From the IMG/VR virus record IMGVR_UViG_3300042549_006197, positions 1-64,000 of that record: a DNA stretch of 64,000 nucleotides; one strand, given 5' to 3'. Shown here piece after piece: positions 18,861 to 27,240 of the stretch. Numbering within the stretch: position 1 is the first letter of the stretch; the number at the start of each line of letters is the position of its first letter. Position numbers and translations under genes: made by a program. The notes under the pieces were generated by a model. It did not search any database, was not told where the DNA came from, and saw only the letters and a list, made by a program, of their open reading frames with translations. The DNA is from a virus (Duplodnaviria > Caudoviricetes).

Positions 18861-19735
18861 TTTAGTCTCTCCCTAACGTAATCTTGGTTCTCGTAGTATT
18901 CGATCAGTTGTTCTTTTGAAAGTGTTTTTAAGTATTCCCACAAAGCATTATTATTTTGCATATGTGGATTATGGAACCAAGAGTTTTGAGTTCTTTGATG
19001 TTCCAGATGATACGCATGATTATCTACTCTACCAATATTATACCCTAAAGTTTGCCATCTGTGGTGCCGTTCACAATCTTCTGGAGCATATGCAATAAAA
19101 CCTTCGTTCTCCAGATATCCATCCATATAAACTTTGCGGTTGAAGAACTGTACCATTCCATATTCAGCCCAACCTTCTCCTTGGTTGCTTGGATAGTAGA
19201 AGAATCGATCATCAAAACAGGTTGAATCATATTCTTTGATAAAGCGAGATACAAACTCATCTTTCTCAAAGTTGTCCATATCATCTTGAGTTTCAATCGT
19301 AAACCCAAGATTTACTTTGCGCTCTCCGTGATTGCCATAACGATATGGATAAACTACATCATACTCACCCTGGAGCATTTCTACAACTTTGGTATAAGTA
19401 TCTAATGGGAGAAGAAGATCAGTATCATAGTTGACCACAATATCACACTTGGATCCCATGATCATATCGTTAAGAACCTTTGTACGATGAAATGCATCAT
19501 CCGTCCGAGTTTCTTCTTCAAAGATAAAGTTTAAATTAGTAGTGTCAACCAATCTTTTAATGATGGGAAGTGCATAAGTTTCAAACCTACGCTCAGAATC
19601 TACTTCTTTGATTGTGACAGTGCAGTCAAAGTGATGTAAAAGATAAGACGTAGAAAGGATTACATTCCTCAAACGATCTCCAGTATCAATTCTTAATGGG
19701 ACAATAAAGTCCACATTTTTCAAATCAGTTTTCAT
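18857..19735 (-). CDS. GT2/GT7C-like glycosyltransferase
   Basis: R.RN, FHRTKVLN, YDTD, ENEGFIAYAPED, HLEH. Confidence 0.75.
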   Translation of the reverse strand: MKTDLKNVDFIVPLRIDTGDRLRNVILSTSYLLHHFDCTVTIKEVDSERRFETYALPIIKRLVDTTNLNFIFEEETRTDDAFHRTKVLNDMIMGSKCDIVVNYDTDLLLPLDTYTKVVEMLQGEYDVVYPYRYGNHGERKVNLGFTIETQDDMDNFEKDEFVSRFIKEYDSTCFDDRFFYYPSNQGEGWAEYGMVQFFNRKVYMDGYLENEGFIAYAPEDCERHHRWQTLGYNIGRVDNHAYHLEHQRTQNSWFHNPHMQNNNALWEYLKTLSKEQLIEYYENQDYVRERLK

Positions 19736-20534
19736 TTACCATACTCCATTCTTCTGGGAATAAATCCTTCGTTAATTTATCTGCATTATTAGGTCCAAAC
19801 CATTTTGATGGATAGACAACTTTCTTATCTTTGTTTCTAGAAAGCCATGCACCCCACCAAGAGAATGTGGAGTTAGCAATAATAAAATCAGAACACATTG
19901 ACATCAAACACAAGTCCACATAAGAACTGCCGCTTTCACATACGGAAAATCTATCTGATGAAAACAGTTCTTGTTCCTTACACCAGACAGGATCATCAGA
20001 AAAGATAACTACGTTTTGATCTTCAGGAAACTCTTTCAAAGCATTCTCATAATATTTCATAGACAAATTATGATGATTTAAAGAGTTAATTAAAAAATCT
20101 CCACGACGTATATGAAGTGCAATTGAACCCTGCATATAGGGTCTATGTGGTTCACATGCCTCTAGATATTCTCTTTTAAAAGTAAATTCATTTCGAATAT
20201 CTTCTTCAATATGCTTGAAGTATTTTTCAGATTGAAAGTATCCAATAATCGTCACATTGTCTGGACAATTATCAAGAATATCTTCATCAAAATGAAAATG
20301 CATTTCTGTTCTTGCACCATCAGCCAATAGATACCCAGTCTGTTGTGGTTGTATATCAAATACATCAAACAACTCAATTCTAAGAATGTTCCCTAGAGAG
20401 TCTTTGATTTTTTCTGAGTGATCTGGAATGGTATAACCATATCCACGTTTAGCAGCAATGCCCCTAATAGCAGCATACTGGAACATCTGGTTTCCCAGTT
20501 GTCCCATTCTACCAAGATAATTTAATCCAATCAT
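19725..20534 (-). CDS. Glycosyltransferase family 11
   Basis: GQLGNQMFQYA, GYFQSEKYF, HIRRGD, NSTFSWWGAWL. Confidence 0.92.
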   Translation of the reverse strand: MIGLNYLGRMGQLGNQMFQYAAIRGIAAKRGYGYTIPDHSEKIKDSLGNILRIELFDVFDIQPQQTGYLLADGARTEMHFHFDEDILDNCPDNVTIIGYFQSEKYFKHIEEDIRNEFTFKREYLEACEPHRPYMQGSIALHIRRGDFLINSLNHHNLSMKYYENALKEFPEDQNVVIFSDDPVWCKEQELFSSDRFSVCESGSSYVDLCLMSMCSDFIIANSTFSWWGAWLSRNKDKKVVYPSKWFGPNNADKLTKDLFPEEWSMVNEN

Positions 20535-21351
20535 CGGGAAGTAAATCTTTAGTGTCGTTATCTTTTAAAAGTTCTGGACCAAACCAGGGATCTGGTGCAA
20601 CCACAGGATTTGTACGATTCTTTTGTAACCATGCACCCCACCAGCTCAATGTGCTAGGAGAAATAATGGCACCATTACAAAGACTCATCAAACATAGATC
20701 AGTATAAGGGATAAAAGAGTTTCTGTAAACCCCATCACCTTCCATACACTTATGAGAATATTGTTGCACACTTTCATTAATTAAGAATCTTTCATCGGAG
20801 AAAAATTCTTGTTCCTTACACCATGCAACATCATCACTACAAATCAAAACCATTGCATTATCGTCAAAGTTCTCCAGAGCCTTACGATAATAATCAAATG
20901 TAGGAACTGGATGCAGATGCTCTCTACCTACATTGTCTCCACGACGAACATGAAGGAAGATGACATTATTAAACTGATCTATAAAGTCTTCACAAGGAAT
21001 TCGAATGTCATCAATGAATTCAAAGTCTTCACGAATTTCATCTTCAATATGCTTGAAGTATTTCTCAGACTGAAGATATCCATCCAGGTTTGTATTATCT
21101 GTAAAATTTTCAAAAAGATCTTCATCAAAATGAAAATGTGCCTCATCTCTAGTTGGATAAGGCACTTCACCAATATTTTTAAGATGCTTCAGTTTAAATG
21201 GATGGTGAATTCCATAGTTGGCAGTGCGACTACCATCCTCAGGAATACACCAATGATAACCATGCTTAGCTGCGATGCCACGTAAAGCGGCATATTGGAA
21301 GAGTTGATTTCCAAATCTTCCATTAATACCTAATCGATTATAACCAATCAT
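20509..21351 (-). CDS. Glycosyltransferase family 11
   Basis: GRFGNQLFQYA, HVRRGD, STLSWWGAWL. Confidence 0.92.
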   Translation of the reverse strand: MIGYNRLGINGRFGNQLFQYAALRGIAAKHGYHWCIPEDGSRTANYGIHHPFKLKHLKNIGEVPYPTRDEAHFHFDEDLFENFTDNTNLDGYLQSEKYFKHIEDEIREDFEFIDDIRIPCEDFIDQFNNVIFLHVRRGDNVGREHLHPVPTFDYYRKALENFDDNAMVLICSDDVAWCKEQEFFSDERFLINESVQQYSHKCMEGDGVYRNSFIPYTDLCLMSLCNGAIISPSTLSWWGAWLQKNRTNPVVAPDPWFGPELLKDNDTKDLLPDDWIKLSW

Positions 21352-22463
21352 AACTCAATCCAGAATACTTCTTCGTTAGGAATACCAAAGATAATTCTAT
21401 CATCACATTGAGATTTTACATAGTCCTCAACGACATAAACCCTATAACCGTGATTCAAAAGGTTCAAGCACAGACGATATTGCTGACTCTCAGTAATGAT
21501 ATCTGTTCCTTCTTTGTAGGAAACATAATGAAATGCAAAAGGAAGATTCCTTTCATTCTTCTTCATGAAATAGTTCGTGAGGAAGATTGCATGTTCATCA
21601 TTAAAATTATCAGTTGTATATCCAAGGTTATAAACGAGACCCATCTTCTTAGCGAAAGATGCAAAAGAGCGATTGTCTCTTGGCAGACATGGACCACCAT
21701 ACCCATAACCATACTTAAGGAACTTTCTTCCTACTCGACTGTCATCACCGATAGCACCAAGGACTGTATCAATCTCATCTTCAAGGCCAGCGAGAGTCAT
21801 AACTTCGCCAAGCATATTTGCATAACTGATCTTGGTGGTAAGGAAACAGTTCGTTGCAAGTTTTACAATCTCTGCTGCCTTTGTAGACATGAAGTTAATC
21901 TTTGGTTCGGTTACCTGAATTGCATGATACATTTCAGATAATTTATCATACACATCATTATTGTAACCTCCAATCAGAACCATATCAGCTCTTTGAAGAT
22001 CTCGAACGATTGTTCCTTGTGCAATGAACTCTGGATTATAAAATACATTGACTCCACATTCATCTAATGCATCTTGGAATGAATCACAGTCTCCTGGATT
22101 TGTGGTGCATCCAACGATCAGAGTTTTACCTTCAACAGAAAACTCTGCATTTTGGAAATCCTTTACTACTTCCCACACAGCACTTACATCATAATCCCCA
22201 GAAGGAAGTGATGGTGTTGCAACAAGAGTAAAGATAAGATCACACTGTTTAATAACTTCTACGTTATCAACAACTGCCACAAAATTCTTAGCATCATCAA
22301 GCAGTTCTTCTACTTGAGGCTCATTAGTGGTAATGACTCTATTGTTCAGACCGTCAACATAATCGTGGCGGCAATCAGAAACGATAACATCATAACCTGC
22401 TTTTTCCAGAAGAAGAGCAAGGCAGATACCAAGTCTGCCTGCTCCGATGACTCCAATTTTCAT
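21348..22463 (-). CDS. UDP-glucose/GDP-mannose dehydrogenase family protein
   Basis: GAGRLG Rossmann motif, NPEF, GYGGPCLPRD. Confidence 0.9.
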   Translation of the reverse strand: MKIGVIGAGRLGICLALLLEKAGYDVIVSDCRHDYVDGLNNRVITTNEPQVEELLDDAKNFVAVVDNVEVIKQCDLIFTLVATPSLPSGDYDVSAVWEVVKDFQNAEFSVEGKTLIVGCTTNPGDCDSFQDALDECGVNVFYNPEFIAQGTIVRDLQRADMVLIGGYNNDVYDKLSEMYHAIQVTEPKINFMSTKAAEIVKLATNCFLTTKISYANMLGEVMTLAGLEDEIDTVLGAIGDDSRVGRKFLKYGYGYGGPCLPRDNRSFASFAKKMGLVYNLGYTTDNFNDEHAIFLTNYFMKKNERNLPFAFHYVSYKEGTDIITESQQYRLCLNLLNHGYRVYVVEDYVKSQCDDRIIFGIPNEEVFWIEL

Positions 22464-23200
22464 AGTTTAAATGTGGGGATGGGTTCCATTTTATGTTTGT
22501 TTTGGGAGTTGAATTTTTGAAGAACTTCAACACCAGGACCAGTTCCGTACTCCATTGCTTCTTCCAGTTGAACATATGAAGCTCCAAGTTGATCTTCATC
22601 TGTTCTACCATCATCCCACAGACCATCTGTAGGAGCAGCGTTAATAATACGTTCGTCTACACCAAAGTGTTTGCCAAGTTCCCATACTTCAGTCTTATAC
22701 AGATCTGCGATAGGAGCAATGTCAACTCCCCCGTCACCATATTTAGTATAGAACCCGACACCATAATCTTCAACCTTGTTACCAGTACCCACTACAATAC
22801 CACCGACAGTTGTAGCAACTTGATAAAGAGTTACCATGCGAAGACGTGAACGACTGTTTGCAAGAGCGTGTTTGTCAGCACCAAATTCGCGCATGGTGAA
22901 TTCAAAGGTATTAAACACTTTTGAAAGATCAAACTTTTGAACTACAACGTTACTAAAGTTTGATTCAAGCCACTCAAGGTGAGCATCAGAAAGAGTTTCT
23001 TGTTCTTCCTTTTGATAGATTGGCATTCCCAGCGTGTACACAGGAAGACCAGTCTTAGCAGCAAGAGTTGATGACACTGCAGAGTCAATACCTCCAGAGA
23101 CACCAATAACAAATGCTTTAATATTAAATTGTTCTGCGTAGTCCTTTAACCAAGAAACGATACGTGTTTCAAGTTCAGAATAGTTTTCAATGCGGTTCAT
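22460..23200 (-). CDS. nadE: NH3-dependent NAD+ synthetase
   Basis: GVSGGIDS, RLRM, GTGNKVE, GFYTKYGDG, DLYKTEV, QLG. Confidence 0.93.
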   Translation of the reverse strand: MNRIENYSELETRIVSWLKDYAEQFNIKAFVIGVSGGIDSAVSSTLAAKTGLPVYTLGMPIYQKEEQETLSDAHLEWLESNFSNVVVQKFDLSKVFNTFEFTMREFGADKHALANSRSRLRMVTLYQVATTVGGIVVGTGNKVEDYGVGFYTKYGDGGVDIAPIADLYKTEVWELGKHFGVDERIINAAPTDGLWDDGRTDEDQLGASYVQLEEAMEYGTGPGVEVLQKFNSQNKHKMEPIPTFKL

Positions 23201-24258
23201 TGTTCAGCGTGTTTTTTCTCAATTTGTTCGTTAATCCATGCGTATGTTTTAGCAATACCCTCTTCGAGAGTCATGGAGTAGTCCCATCCTAACTTAGAAC
23301 GAATAAGATCGTTGTTACTATTGCGACCACGGACACCCAATGGTGCATTTAAAATATGTTCTTTATCAACATATTTGTTTGCTACCTTTGCAGCAGTATC
23401 CACAAGTTGATTGATAGTAACCATTTCTTCAGATCCAATATTCACTGGACCCATGAAATCACTTTCCATCATTCTACGGGTTGCTTCGATGCATTCATCG
23501 ATGTACAGGAAGGAACGAGTCTGTAAACCGTCTCCCCACACCTCGATTTTTCCTCCTGCGACTGGAAGATAGGCCACCTTGCGGCAGATTGCTGCGGGTG
23601 CTTTTTCTCTTCCACCTTCCCAGGTTCCTTCAGGACCAAAGATATTATGGTAGCGAGCGACCCGTACAGGGATGCCATGGTTACGGTTATAAGCGAAAAA
23701 GAGTCGCTCACTAAAAAGTTTTTCCCAACCGTACTCTGAGTCTGGAGCAGCAGGATATGCAGATTCTTCACGACAATCGGGATTATCGGGATCAAGTTGA
23801 TTATATTCTGGATACATACAAGCAGAACCAGAATAAAAAATCTTAGTTACATTTTTACCAAGGCGCTCGTTCATCTGACGCTGCATTTCAAGAATGTTCA
23901 GATTGATTGCGCAGGAGTTATGCATGATTTCTGCATCGTTTTCTCCAGTGAAAACGAAACCTGCTCCCCCCATATCAGCTGCAAACTGATAGATCTCATC
24001 AAATGGTTGAATATAACGATAAGGAACTGACTGATAAAAATTACCAGCATCTCCTTTCCATTCGAGAACACGAGCAACAAAATCTACATCGCGGAGATCT
24101 CCAACAACAAATTCATTTGCCTCTGTTTTGGAAAACTCAGGACGCTTAAGATCTACACCACGAACCCAATATCCTTCAGCTCGCAGTCTTTTTACCATGT
24201 GACTTCCAATGAAACCACCAGCACCAAGGACCAGTGCCTTCTTAACGTATTGACTCAT
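23197..24258 (-). CDS. NAD-dependent nucleotide-sugar epimerase, GDP-mannose 3,5-epimerase-like
   Basis: GAGGFIG, AADMGGAGF, SACMYP, YGWEK, GGREKAPAA, GVRGRNS. Confidence 0.88.
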   Translation of the reverse strand: MSQYVKKALVLGAGGFIGSHMVKRLRAEGYWVRGVDLKRPEFSKTEANEFVVGDLRDVDFVARVLEWKGDAGNFYQSVPYRYIQPFDEIYQFAADMGGAGFVFTGENDAEIMHNSCAINLNILEMQRQMNERLGKNVTKIFYSGSACMYPEYNQLDPDNPDCREESAYPAAPDSEYGWEKLFSERLFFAYNRNHGIPVRVARYHNIFGPEGTWEGGREKAPAAICRKVAYLPVAGGKIEVWGDGLQTRSFLYIDECIEATRRMMESDFMGPVNIGSEEMVTINQLVDTAAKVANKYVDKEHILNAPLGVRGRNSNNDLIRSKLGWDYSMTLEEGIAKTYAWINEQIEKKHAEQ

Positions 24259-24284
24259 AAAATTATTAATTGTTCTCTGTATAT

Positions 24285-24313
24285 ATCATACAGAAAAAGG
24301 AGGTTATTGTCAA
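24285..24313 (-). promoter_or_regulatory. Sigma70 promoter for glycan cluster
   Basis: TTGACA-17-TATGAT; the -35 overlaps the stop codon of the upstream oxygenase gene. Confidence 0.7.
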
Positions 24314-25347
24314 GTACATGGGATGTGTATAACATCGTTAAATTGTTCCATTGAAAGTCTTGTAAGTGCTAAAAAAGTTCCAGCTTTAATTGCAAAAGAA
24401 AATCTATCCATCTGTGCCAAATTTGAAAGAGGCATTACTTTGTGTTTAATTGAAGAATCAAAAACTATAACTCTCCCCGGCTTAAAATCGACTGCCTTAT
24501 GAAAAGGTGAATCTTCGCTGTAAAATTTAATATCTCCAGCCCACACATCATCCCATTCAATATTTGGATATATTAGAATTGTTACTCCATTTGAATTATT
24601 TGAAAGATCGACGTGAGCACTTGTTGTAGTTGATTTTGTATAATGCCCAATATAATATTGTGTGAGAAATAGATCTTGTCCCAATTCATTTGCAATTCTT
24701 CTAAAATATGGTATCAAACCAGTTCTTATAAGATCCTCTTTAGACAAGTGGGAGGCAAATCTGGTGGATCGATCTTTATCTTTAGAAAAACCGTTACTTA
24801 CATGTGAACAGATATATTGTGAGTTTGTCGCAAAAGCATATAAACTATGCGTAAAATGATATGGAAACAAATTATCCATTATTTTAATATCATTTTCGAC
24901 TGAATTTTTTGAAAATGGATTTATTTTTCTATTTAAAGAATCTAAAAGAATATTATATAATCGTATATAATAATCGGATTTATTTGAGTTTAAAGATATG
25001 AGATTTACCTTACAAATTTTTACTATATCGGATAATGTTTGATTGTCCCAACTAAAATTTCCCCTTAAAATATCATTTTCTCTGTCTTTTAATAAACACA
25101 TTTCATATACTAATTTTTCAGCATATTCTCCTATTTCATTTCGTATCAATTCTCTATCATTTTCTATTGTTTGAACAGTCACATTAAAATAGCAAGTGCC
25201 GTAGATTGAATGATACAATCCTGCATTACATACGTCTTCCGACATATTTTCTTTTCTTAATATTTCATATACTTCAATACAATGGTTGATAAATTTTTCG
25301 GTTGCAATTGGAGATTGTTTAACCAATTCAATAAATTTTTCTACCAT
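24310..25347 (-). CDS. HD-like N-domain fused to 2OG-Fe(II) oxygenase
   Basis: H...AGLYHSIYGT N-domain; HVD...W..G...PGRVIVFDSSIKH...R; TATAAATA at 25373-25380. Confidence 0.8.
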   Translation of the reverse strand: MVEKFIELVKQSPIATEKFINHCIEVYEILRKENMSEDVCNAGLYHSIYGTCYFNVTVQTIENDRELIRNEIGEYAEKLVYEMCLLKDRENDILRGNFSWDNQTLSDIVKICKVNLISLNSNKSDYYIRLYNILLDSLNRKINPFSKNSVENDIKIMDNLFPYHFTHSLYAFATNSQYICSHVSNGFSKDKDRSTRFASHLSKEDLIRTGLIPYFRRIANELGQDLFLTQYYIGHYTKSTTTSAHVDLSNNSNGVTILIYPNIEWDDVWAGDIKFYSEDSPFHKAVDFKPGRVIVFDSSIKHKVMPLSNLAQMDRFSFAIKAGTFLALTRLSMEQFNDVIHIPCT

Positions 25348-25382
25348 AATTACATTCAAATTTTTAAAAAAATATTTATACT

Positions 25383-25409
25383 AAAAAGGGAGATTGATAT
25401 CAATCTCCC
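25383..25409 (-). terminator. Intrinsic terminator after RNA modules
   Basis: GGGAGATTGA-TA-TCAATCTCCC-TTTTT. Confidence 0.8.
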
Positions 25410-25416
25410 AATGATT

Positions 25417-25507
25417 CAGGCTCGCCACCAATTCTTTAACTGGAAATTGGAAACCAGGCGGGGTTGCCCCATCCGCACCACTTGTTTTTTAAAGAAACAA
25501 GAAACTT
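25417..25507 (-). ncRNA. Tandem pseudoknot RNA modules 3-4 (wcaG/manA-like motif)
   Basis: GTTTCTTGTTTC..AAAAAACAAG-TGGTGCGG..CCGC-CTGGTTTCCAATTTCCAG..AAAGAATTGG-TGGCGAGCC; lies upstream of a nucleotide-sugar epimerase. Confidence 0.75.
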
Positions 25508-26216
25508 ATTTTTTTCTAAAAAACCTAAATGGGCATTTGGAGATTTTATTAGAATCAAATATAATATCATGATATTTAAATCCCAAACTGTGTCGTTTTG
25601 AATTTACAAAAAATATTCTTTTATACATATCCGAAAGTTGTCGTGGATTGATTTCATCATAAATTAAATTAAAATTATCATTATGATTTTTACTATGAAA
25701 TTTTATACAGTATAAAGGATCTCCTCTATTAATAATTATAGGTTTATCTCTATCCACAACAACTGCCCCAATATTAATTAATCTGGGCCAATTACTCAAA
25801 TTAAACCACCCACCACAATGATAAAAATTATTTTTTAAAGATGTTAATGGGTGAGGAAGAATTGATATCCAAATGTTTTTATCTTTAGTCCAAAAAAAAT
25901 TACTATACAAATTTGCAATCTGAATTATTGAATGTTTACCGTTATTCCAATTTTTTGCAAGACTAACGTATTCATCAAATTCGTTTTGATTTAAATTATT
26001 TGAATGAACATAATCAGAATTTGTATCTATTTGTAGATGTAAATTTGATGATGCATAGACAGTAAAAATTTTAGAACTTTGATGAGCCCATACTGGACAA
26101 GATGAAAGAATAGAATCTTCCGAATAACTTGTATCAATTTTTATTGGTACATGCAAATTCTCCACAGAAGATGGAGATTTTGGATCAGGATGATAAAAAA
26201 TTTTTTTACTTTTCAT
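25506..26216 (-). CDS. AT-rich hypothetical protein
   Basis: 236-aa ORF with CP.., GGWF, RGDPL..I.F and KCPF motifs. Confidence 0.75.
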   Translation of the reverse strand: MKSKKIFYHPDPKSPSSVENLHVPIKIDTSYSEDSILSSCPVWAHQSSKIFTVYASSNLHLQIDTNSDYVHSNNLNQNEFDEYVSLAKNWNNGKHSIIQIANLYSNFFWTKDKNIWISILPHPLTSLKNNFYHCGGWFNLSNWPRLINIGAVVVDRDKPIIINRGDPLYCIKFHSKNHNDNFNLIYDEINPRQLSDMYKRIFFVNSKRHSLGFKYHDIIFDSNKISKCPFRFFRKK

Positions 26217-26220
26217 TTTA

Positions 26221-26264
26221 GGTCAAATTGACTCCACCACTTAGTTTTTCGAAACTAAGAAAAG
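26221..26264 (-). ncRNA. RNA module 2 (manA-like)
   Basis: TTTCTTAGTTTCGAAAAACTAAG-TGGTGGAGTCAATTTGACC, same architecture as modules 3-4. Confidence 0.6.
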
Positions 26265-26474
26265 TTGGGATAACTTTGATATTTCGGAGATACCAAAGAA
26301 TGCACATAAGAATAGCACATCCCAAAGTTTAAGTTTAATTGCAAAAGGTATTGTAAGTAAACCTCCAACACATTTTAACAACAAACCATTTTTAAAATCT
26401 CCCCATAACATGATTTGATAACCAGTAATAAGGAAAAGGTTTCCAAGATACCTTAAGATACTTGATTTAGACAT
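26241..26474 (-). CDS. Small multi-TM membrane protein
   Basis: Three hydrophobic segments; similar to 56319-56576. Confidence 0.7.
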   Translation of the reverse strand: MSKSSILRYLGNLFLITGYQIMLWGDFKNGLLLKCVGGLLTIPFAIKLKLWDVLFLCAFFGISEISKLSQLFLVSKN

Positions 26475-26475
26475 A

Positions 26476-26519
26476 GGGGGTTTGCTCCCGACCAGTGCTG
26501 TTATAGACCATCCGTGTCT
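26476..26519 (-). ncRNA. RNA module 1 (manA-like 5' part)
   Basis: AGAC-ACGGATG-GTCT..TGGTCGGGAGCAAACCCC; shares the TGGT..G.A junction with the other modules. Confidence 0.55.
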
Positions 26520-26743
26520 TCATCATCACGTACATAACAAGGTACACCTTCAGGATCAAGCCATTTGGTGTATTCAAAATCTTCCATAGCAGTTGCCAAT
26601 TGCATTCCATTATCACACAAGTACATGTCAGAATAACGCTTAGTCCAACTATCTGCTTTTTGAATTCGATAGTCGGGGAACCCATTTTCTAGGGTTCCAC
26701 ATTCTACATAACGATAAGGAAATCGTTCAAGAATAATGTTCAT
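26501..26743 (-). CDS. Hypothetical protein
   Basis: 80-aa ORF coupled to upstream gene. Confidence 0.75.
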   Translation of the reverse strand: MNIILERFPYRYVECGTLENGFPDYRIQKADSWTKRYSDMYLCDNGMQLATAMEDFEYTKWLDPEGVPCYVRDDEDTDGL

Positions 26744-26955
26744 GCTACTTCGACAGATTCGAGATCATTGAAGACATATTCCATAAGCATTTCATAGTCA
26801 TCCAGAGGATCACCAGAGAATACCACACCTTCGCTTTCATAGTAACGACGAACCTTTTTATAAAGTTTTGGATTCTTTACATCAAGATAGAAATCGCCGC
26901 TAGCTGCGCCACGAAGAGTTTGAATGTCTTTCTTGAATTTTGCTGTGAGAGTCAT
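26740..26955 (-). CDS. Hypothetical protein
   Basis: 71-aa ORF downstream of a promoter. Confidence 0.75.
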   Translation of the reverse strand: MTLTAKFKKDIQTLRGAASGDFYLDVKNPKLYKKVRRYYESEGVVFSGDPLDDYEMLMEYVFNDLESVEVA

Positions 26956-26977
26956 TGTTTTGAATGTTGACCTTGAT

Positions 26978-27007
26978 ATTATACTAGTTTGACAGGTGAC
27001 CTGTCAA
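26978..27007 (-). promoter_or_regulatory. Sigma70 promoter with perfect palindrome over the -35
   Basis: TTGACA-18-TATAAT; TTGACAGGT-G-ACCTGTCAA at 26989-27007. Confidence 0.7.
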
Positions 27008-27008
27008 G

Positions 27009-27081
27009 TGCTCCTTGAGGGGATTGAACCCACCTTAGCCGAATTATGAGTTCGGTGCATTCACCAGATTGCTAAAGGAGC
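27009..27081 (-). tRNA. tRNA with CAT anticodon (elongator Met or Ile2)
   Basis: GCTCCTT/AAGGAGC acceptor stem, CCGAA-CTCATAA-TTCGG, GGTTCAATCC. Confidence 0.9.
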
Positions 27082-27085
27082 ATTT

Positions 27086-27166
27086 TGGGCGAGGGTGTCT
27101 GACCACGATAATCTACGATTCAGCGGAGGGGACCCTTCGTTTAATACAACGTCCCTTGTTGTACCC
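27086..27166 (-). ncRNA. Unassigned structured RNA between two tRNAs
   Basis: GGGT/GCCC-A closing stem, ACAAC/GTTGT, AGGGT/ACCCT and CTGA/TCAG helices. Confidence 0.5.
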
Positions 27167-27168
27167 AA

Positions 27169-27240
27169 TGGGAACACTGGGAGTTGAACCCAGACTAACC
27201 CGTTATAAGCAGGCCGCTCTGACCATTAAGCTATGCTCCC
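27169..27240 (-). tRNA. tRNA-Ile(TAT)
   Basis: GGGAGCA/TGTTCCC acceptor stem, anticodon loop CTTATAA, GGTTCAACTCC. Confidence 0.88.

Noticed and set aside
25417-26519. CRISPR-like reading of the repeated units
   Set aside because: The units vary in sequence with compensatory pairing, spacing is irregular, and no cas genes are present
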